Source: Ostreococcus lucimarinus
Lineage: Eukaryota
Assembly (NCBI GenBank): GCA_000092065.1
Contig: CP000594.1
DNA: 64,000 bases
Strand: one strand, 5' to 3'
In this document: one piece after another, positions 1 through 9,000 of the stretch
Layout: each line of letters begins with the position of its first letter
Numbering within the stretch: the stretch's first letter is position 1
The notes under the pieces: model-generated
What the model was told of the DNA's origin: nothing
Database searches by the model: none
Seen by the model: the letters and a program-made list of their open reading frames with translations, nothing else
Translations under genes and position numbers: made by a program

Positions 1-3000
1 ACGCTGGCGCACGTAGAATACCGGGAGTCTGGCGGGGTGAAAGCGGCGGTAGCGAGAGAACGAGCGGCTCGCTTTGGCAAACGTCGCGTCGTCAGAGCAG
101 TCGTCGGTCTCGCGGGCGGTGGTGCGAAGAACACGGCAAAGGTATTGAAAGGGCTGTCGGCGCCGATTCGTGGTCTTGCTCGAGCAGTTAACAAACGCGA
201 CTCGACAGCATTATTAGTCGAGAGGCAAAAGCGTTTGCGAAAGTCGCAACCGGAAGAAGATGATGATTCAAACTGGCGAGAAAGTCTAGAGAATACGGTG
301 CAATTGAGCCAGCGAATGGTGGCTCTAGAAGAAGAAGCCGTGCACTCTTCGGTTGAGCTATCCGGAGTGGTGAATGTTGAAAAAGTATTAGTTTGCATGG
401 TTGATGACGAGGTTGACAATCCAATCGGTGAGCAGGAGATTTTTAGAATAGGTGTCCATGAAGTCAGTTTGGGAACGCTGCGAGGTTCTGGACGACGAGA
501 ACAACGCGTTTCTATCCGCCGATTGGCGATCGTAAGCCCGGAAGGGACACTACTCGATTCCAGTAAGACCACTGATAATGAAGAGAGAGCGACCTCTCTC
601 GATCGTTCACAAGTTGCGTTATGGGACAAGGCGTCCGAGTGTAACGCGGTGCAATTGCAAATAGTCAAAGGCGATGTCGAGACAGAAGAAGATATCTTCA
701 TAAAGTTTCAGATGAGGCAGTCGATCGTGCACTTATTGCGAGAGCCTTTAGATAGAGTGGCGCGAGTGGCTGTGCGACACAAAGTGACGACGGCATATCT
801 CGAATCTTTCATTTACGACGATGAAGCGAAACAGCGCAATCACACACACTCCATCGAAAAGCAGGCAGATGAGTTCAAAATCAGACCAAGAGTGCGATTA
901 GACGCGCGAGTTCACGGTCCCGTGATTATTTTGGATGGCGACGGCGTAAACTTACGCATAGACCTTGGTACAACGGTAATTGAGTCTATGACGCCAGTTT
1001 CAGCTGGCATCGAGAGCTCACTAGCAAAAGAACACAATGTTTTCTCATTTCAATGCACAGGATTCCAAGTCGGATTTATCGACGATGAATGGGATACGAA
1101 TTCGAACCGACCTGTGGAAGATGAACAGATAATACTTCCGCTGTTGAGTGCACCGTCGTCAAACACCGTCGTGATTCAAAATTTGAATGCCGCATCCGAT
1201 GCGCCGAATCTCAAGGTGCACTCAAAGTTCAGCGCCATTGATATTTCGGTTTCTCCTGTGCGAGTGTTTAAGATCCGTTCTTTGGTCAAGGCATTGAAGC
1301 CAACAACGTCCATAAGTGAGGAACACGTCGCCGCGGTTGTCACCGAAAACGAGGTCCGAGTGCTGCTGCTGCAATTGGATGAAAGCGGCGAAGTGTGTTG
1401 GATACCGGCGACGATATCGTTGCAAAACAATAGTTCTATGGATATTAGAACGATTAATGGGCTCAAAAGTCGAACAATTCACATCAACCTCATGGAAAGC
1501 AACGGGGCGAGCAAATTGCGAAGTGACATTTGCGCGAAACTCTCCTTGCACAAGGACGTACTCACTATCGGTGAAACTGTGCATTCTTTGGACGAGTTAA
1601 TGATTTCAGCTATGTCGGATGATAGTCTCAGCGTGATGTTTGATATTGACGATGATGATGCGAGATCTCGCGACACGGTCCTGTTCGATGCATGGTACGC
1701 ACGGATTAACGGCGTCGCTCGCGAAAATATCACTAGGCTGACAAATGCTGCAAAGAACGGCAAGCTGTCGAAGACTCAAGTGATTTTAAGTGTCGGCGCC
1801 GAAAAGCTGTCTGTTCATGTTTTTGCACCTCTCAAAGCACATCCATCCGAAGATGATTCCGCTGTGATAAATGACGAATCAGATTCTGAACGAGCGCTCG
1901 CAAGCCTTTGTTTCGACGAGCTCAACTACGACTCGTCGTTGGCTCGTACCGTGAAAGTCCATCATATAAAAGCAAACTCACTCGTTTTGTACGACAGATA
2001 TGCAAGTGAAGGTCTTGGACGCGAGTGCATCGCCGGAATTGGAGGACAGGGCTCCGGTCAACCCCTACTTACAGTCACGGTCGCCGTTCGCCATCAGAGC
2101 GATCCCCAATATTGCGGATTGGACAAGCTGATCGAAGTCGACATTCACAAAGAGTTAGTGATGAATATTCGTCGGCCCACGCTCCTTGCATTGATCTCGT
2201 TGAGATTCAGACTGCGTCCACCCGGTTTCAAGATTATTAAGATCATGCCTGATGTATCGTCGCGCATCATGATTTCTGGCAAGCTCGTAAAACGGATCAA
2301 ACGCGAGATACGCGTGAACGTTGCGGCAGTGACTGCGAATGGCTTTTATGATCACGACAAAGAGATGGATGTTCCTGTGCTAGTGTTGCGTGCCGAAGAT
2401 TCGTATTGGAGCACCATTATCAGTCCTCCAACACGTGAAACAAGCGTAAGCGTTGGCACCATAAAACTTGCGACGGGACAGATGCAAGCTCGGGGCGCTT
2501 GGAATCTACAACCTTCACCCGAGTCGAGCTCAAACATCATACTTTTACGTAATGACGTGTACGACAGAGGAGAAGAATTAGACGGGGCCGATGTGTCGTG
2601 GGAGATCGAGCTCGGAAATTTGGACATAGTTATGACTCCTGAGATGAAGGAAATTGGATCGTGGTTCGCATTCTTTCGTCAAATAAGACCTGATCATATT
2701 GAAAAGTACGTCCACCCATGTGCACGACCTCGAGCTGGATTTCAAGTGCTCAAATCCCGTCTCTTGATCAAGATGGACGATCAAAGGATCACCTTGCCCG
2801 TCGCCCTCAGCGAGGGCGAGTCAAATCACGACGTCGTCATCAACTCAGGATGTGTAGAAATCACCAGATCATTTTCTTCGAAAGCAATCAATGAAGCGCA
2901 TTCAATATTTTGGCAAACAACGGCATTGAGCGTGTCAGAGTTTGAAGTAAGTGTCATCTCATTTGCGGAGAAGCGGAGAGAAAGCGTTTCTAAAATTACG

Positions 3001-6000
3001 CAGAAGCCGTTTGGTGTGAAATTGTCTTTGCGGAAGAGAATTGACAGTGGCCCCGCAATCGTGAATGAACTCGATGATAAGAACAAAATCAGAGTGCAGC
3101 CTATTTTCCTCGACTTATCCGGTAGCGAATTTCGATGTATCCACGATTCCATCAAGAACATTCAGTTGAGTAAAGTTCGGCCGAACGTCAAAGTGGAAAA
3201 TCCTATCAGATGGGGTAGCGTCGGACCGCTCCCTGTTTCAGACGTGCTCGCGCCGGCATCGTTGAAGTCGATGGAATTGAGCGTTATTCTGAGCAGCGCA
3301 AAACTCCGCGTCTTCCGGCTACCGATGCAAAGTCGTCCCCTCTCAACGATAAAGGTAGTTGGCGTCGACGTGTTTGTCGTAAAAAACTTGAATCGCAAGT
3401 CTGGAATCAATCTCGACGCTACCGTGGATATGATTGGCGTCGACGATAATTCTCGACAATCCCAGAACCTTAAAGTCAAGCACGTTCTCTATGCGGGTTC
3501 TCCGAAATTACCATTGCTTCATTTGACGCTCGGTGTGAATGATGACAGCACGCGCCTGCGAATTTCGCTACAGCATGTAGAAGTATTGCTGCGTGTGGGA
3601 ATCATTTTGGATACCATACGGACTTTCGCACCTCGAAAATTTGGAGGGGTCTTTTTAGCCAGTACGATTCTTCCTCAAGACATTAAGTGCGTGCACGGCA
3701 GTGACTTCCATCTCGATAAGGATGTCACTCTGACGAAAAGTACGAGACTGCTGGCCGACGATCCCAAAATTGTTGCTGGCAAATATGTGCTGCGCGGAGG
3801 TGGACATACCATAAAATTCGCCGATGGCAAAGGAGCGATCATTCGTCATTATTCCCATGGCTCTCGACGCAAGACGATGCCACGCATTATTATCGGTCAT
3901 GGCGCAACGCTGAAGATTGAAAACGTCACCTTCAATTGTACACGCTCAACATTGTCAAGGTTTATCAAAATGATGCCCGGCGGTAGTTACTCCCTCGGTA
4001 AGAGTGTTTCCTTTGACGAGACCGAAGAAGAGTTGATACCGGTTCACGATGGTCTTGTTGAAAGCACACCAGTTATTGATGCCGCAACAAAGCGTGCAGA
4101 AGAAGGACCAGGGCGAAGAATGAAGGAAATTAAAAAGAAACCGCTGTTGGTCGAGGTGGATGTGTCATGCGTACATATAGTCATCGGTGAAGAATTGAGA
4201 GCTGATCAGATCAACTTGATGTTTGGAGTCGATGTGGCAATAATTCGGGACGAAGAATTGAACACGACGGGAACTTATCAGCTACTTCGTCTTCGTACGA
4301 AGGACACTATGAAACCACCGCTTCTGGAACCAGCAAGCGTGACAATGCACGTTGTATCGCGTGATGGCGGCACCACAACTTGCACGGGGTGTGTGACACC
4401 TATCAAGATGCAGTTGAGTCCCAACAGGATTTGTATCTTGAAGAATTTCACGGAACGTATTGAGCGATCATTTGCAATTGCGCCCATCTTGCAAACCGGC
4501 GTGTATTCGTGTGTCTGGGCAGGACATGCAACCACTTTAACAAAAAAAGTAACTGAGGCGGGTGTGCTCCGACAAAATCAAGCCGGTAGCAATACTTCCT
4601 ACTCTATCTGGAGACCCGTTGCTCCACCTGGTTACGCCATACTATCTGATGTCGTGAAGTCTGAAGGAGGAGCTCCTGAAACGCAAGTTTTGATCGTTCG
4701 GGATGCGCCCGCTCTGTGCACGTTGCCAGAGAGATTTGAGAAAGTCAAAGGCACCGCAAATCCTTGCCTGTGGCGCCCGATCGCACCGACGGGTTTCGTG
4801 AGCTTAGGCGATATTGCGTCAGTATCGGATGCGGATGAACCGTCGCTGGACGTCGTCCGGTGTATTCGAGAAGAGCTCGTGACGAACATCGGTCAAGCGT
4901 CTACACTCGCAAACTTTCGCTTGTACGGAGATTTCAGTCAATCGAATACAACGTTGTGGCAAATGAATAACAGAGTCCGCGGATTCGTGGTGGTCTCGAA
5001 GTCGAATATTCGGCCTTACGCGTACGACATTCGCTCCCCTCCTGGATTTCAACGCAAAGTTTCGACGGGAACCAAGGAGAAGATAAAGCTGCAGGAAAAG
5101 GAGTGCGAGTGTGCCACCGCGGTGAATTTCAAAAAGATTGGCATGGCACAAAACGCGAAGTCAACTGTTGGGTTTTGGGAAGTCATTCCGCCTACGGGTT
5201 ATGTATCCACCGGACACTGCATGAGTGTGGGCAAACTTCCGCCTTTAAGCAGTAGAGTGTTCGCGGACGATAAACGTACTTTTCGACAACCAGAGTCATA
5301 TGAAAAAGTTGCTTCAGCGCGTACGTACGGCACCACACAGCGTTTGACAATTTGGAAACCAGTGCCATGCGCCGGGTTTGTGAGCGTCGGGTTTGTTGTC
5401 ACCACTGAAGATAACGAGCCTTCTGTGAATGACTCGATCGTCTGCGTCCGAGCAGAATTGGTATCTTACATGCATCAAAGGAACTGGACTACAGACAACT
5501 CTGTTTGGACAGTTGACGAAAATGCTACAGACACCACGCACTTCTGGATCACAAATGATCACACGAAAAATTTCGTTATGAGTGTTTTGACGACTGGCAT
5601 GACGCCCGATTTCGGCTTTGATATCGGCTTCCTAGAAAGCTCTTCGTTAAGGGGGCAAGTACAAATGCCAAATTTCATTATGAAATTCGACGTGCCTCTT
5701 GTGAGCGTCGGACTCTCATTTGAAAGATTGTTTCGCAACCAGATGCTCTTCTTGCTTCGATTGGAAAAAACGAAGTTGAGTTGTACGAAAACGTCGAAAT
5801 TGAATCTGTCGTTAGATTCTTCGCTGTCTCTCCTGCATAGAAATACGCGACTGGGATACAGTCTAGAACCCATTGTGGCGCCGTGGAAGTTTTCGGTTCT
5901 GTTGGATGACTCAAAAAATGATGTTTCGGGCGTGAATCCCGCGGGGTTGGACATGTTCATTGAAAGTAAAAAGAAGATTGAGATAATCGTCAATCAAGCC

Positions 6001-9000
6001 TCCATAGTTGACGCAGTGGATGCCGTGATGCAGTTTAAGAAACCACGCGACAAAAACTCAAAAATTGCACATTTGTTGGCTTACGAAGCCGTGCAAAACA
6101 ACGTCATTGTGAATTCCACGGGACGCGACTTATGGGTTCGCGAACTGAATGGCAATATACAAGAAGTACCGCCTGGAAATAGCATTTCGCATTTGGTACA
6201 TGCCGCTGAAACCGAAGCAAATTCTGGATTCGAGAGTGCATCAAATGAGCAGACGATGCGCGGTATGACTGACGTCGTTGATGACATGAATCATCACGGT
6301 GACGAACAGCTCATTATCGCATACCTGATGATGGATATCGTGGCAATTGACTCGTTGGATGACTGGCTTTACCCCCGCATAACTTTCAAGATTTGGGATG
6401 AGGCTTTGCAGGGTCATCGTACCGATCCATTACCCATCGGCGTTACGCGCGGCTCAGCAAAGTTACCGATCCCTCATCCTTTTTTCCATCGCGATAGTGA
6501 TAGCGAGTTCATCAACAATGACGATATCACCATTATCGTCGAAATTTCTCATATTGGGCCAAATGGCGAAACATTGAGCTTCAGTGGTGACTTTGAAGCT
6601 CCAATCGAACAACAACGCGGTGGATGGATTGGCGGTAAAACTGGAAGCTGGATAGACTGTGCTGCAGGCAATGGTGACTCCGTGAGAATTAAGCTGCGCG
6701 CTCGAGTGGTGGAAGGTTTGAATGCGACGCCAGTCACAGAAACGGTAGAGTTGTATCAACTCTTAAAGAGTCCGCAGAAAACGATTATCAAGAGTAAATT
6801 ACAAGTTGAATCACCACCTCTCATCGTGTGTCGTACGAATGACATGGTGAAGCAATGGTGGACAAGAGATCATCAGCAAAGTAAAAGTGCCCTAAGTGCT
6901 TGGAAGCCGCACGTCCCATCGACGTATGAACTCGAGACGAGATATAAGTTTTGTTCGAGTAGAGCTGAAAACGAGTATAAACTCGTACCTTTTGGGACCA
7001 TCCTCTTGCCCGGCCTCATCGCGCCTCGCAGTGCGCTCATGGCAGTTGTCTTAGAACATAATTCAGATCAGCGGGCACCGACTGCTTTTCCCTCGGGGTT
7101 CGAAAATATTTGGACGAGCGATAAAAATGATGTCTCATTTTGGAAGCCCATTGCACCAGACGGTTACGTTGCAGTTGGTAACGTGGTTGCGGCGAGCGCC
7201 GAAATGCCTTCCACCGATTGCGTCGTTTGTGTTCGCGAGGATTTGACAAAACTTGCAGAAGTGCCTCCGGATGTTGCATGGAAATCGAACAGACGATTTC
7301 GCAATAATGATGAAAGAGAATTGGCGCTTATTCAAAACGGCCAACTGAGTACTGGTGGATGGTCGTTCTTGAAGGAGAAAATCAAGCGCACGAGTCCAGG
7401 CGTGATTTCGAACGTCATTCCATCTATGCATAGACTTAATGACAGGATGTGCATTCATTCTTTGGATGACGAAGGTATTCGCGAGTTTTGGATCGATAAC
7501 CGCACTCATATAGATCATATAAAGCAAGAATTACAAGCTGGAGAGTCAATTCTCGCCATTTCGTTTTCTCCTTCCGGGCCGTTTGAGCAAGTGCGTCTTA
7601 ATCTAGGCGCTTCACACGTTGTTCGTCACAAGACTCACGATTTAGTCTTTGACAGTCAAAAGGGGCATCTTTTGAGCTATGTTTCGTGCGAAAACGAAAC
7701 AGATTCTGATATATTCGTTGATGTTCATCCAGCTATGAAGAGAGAACTCACGACTTCTAATTTGGACATATCTCTGAGTGAGAAGTATGAGTCGCCGAGC
7801 GATGTCGCGGATATAGAAGTATTTGAATCGGAACGATATTACCCGTTGAGAGGATGGCGTGCTCCAAAAGACGCTATCGTAAAAGCTCGTTATAGCAGGC
7901 ATAAAAGTGGACGAGGTTCGCAAAAACGGTTTCCAGACGTCAAAGCTCCAAAAGGTTTCAGATTTGAAGGACCGTGGGAGCTCGACAAACCACCAAATCT
8001 GGTGAATGACGACGGTTGGGCGTACGGTGCTATTTGGCTAAGGAAGTGGCCACCGCCTCGTGGATCAGACAAAAGTAAAGGTCGTGCAACCCGTCGCCGA
8101 CGATGGTTTCGTCGTGTCGTTCGATTGAAATCAGCTGAAGAAATTGAATCGCGCGTTTCCCTTCATAACATGAAGCGAGATTTCATCGAAGATTGGCACG
8201 GCACGTTGGCGGTACACGGACGTCTTACGCTACCTTCTTGTTCACGAACCGAGTCCTACATGTTGGCGTTACGCACGGGGGCTGACGTCGCATCAATTAC
8301 CGCTCCGTCGTTTACCGAGAGAGATGACGCGCTGGATATTCGTGACGTGTTATCAGAGCAAGGCAACTGTGCGCTTGCTTACAACAACCTGCACGATCAC
8401 TTTCTTTTGGTCAAAGAAGAATTGTCGAATGATGTGCAAAGTAGCGCGATAGGTGCTATTCCAGGCGTCAAGATTCGTGTCGTTGCCCCTGTTCACGTTG
8501 TCTCATTGATGGATTGTCCGTCGCAAGTTGTTTTGTACGCCAATGGCGAAGAAAGAATTGCCATGCATCTTGCCGCGAACGAAACGAAACGTATCACGGC
8601 GATCGATGCAAACTGTGATACAATAGAGGTGCTCGTGTCTTTGTTCGAAGATTATCTCAGCCTTAGTAACGACAGGCCGCTGCGTCTAGATGTCACCCCG
8701 GCTGGAAGTCCACCGGCGCCACAGGTAAACTGGTTGAACATCAAAGGCTATCCGTATGTGGTTTCTATGCTGTTGATGGAGACGTGTAGAACTAGAATGG
8801 CGGGTGATAAATTCAACGATGATCCTTCGCAGCATCTCTTGAGTCTGACGTATCGCAATGTGCTGATGGTTACAAATGCATCACCGATCGACATTAAGTG
8901 TTTGGCGTGGGTCGCTGGCACAAGTACGACAAACGCGCACATAGATGCATACGTTGGGGTACCCAAAGGCGAGTCGCAACCTGCCATGTTTCTGAAATCG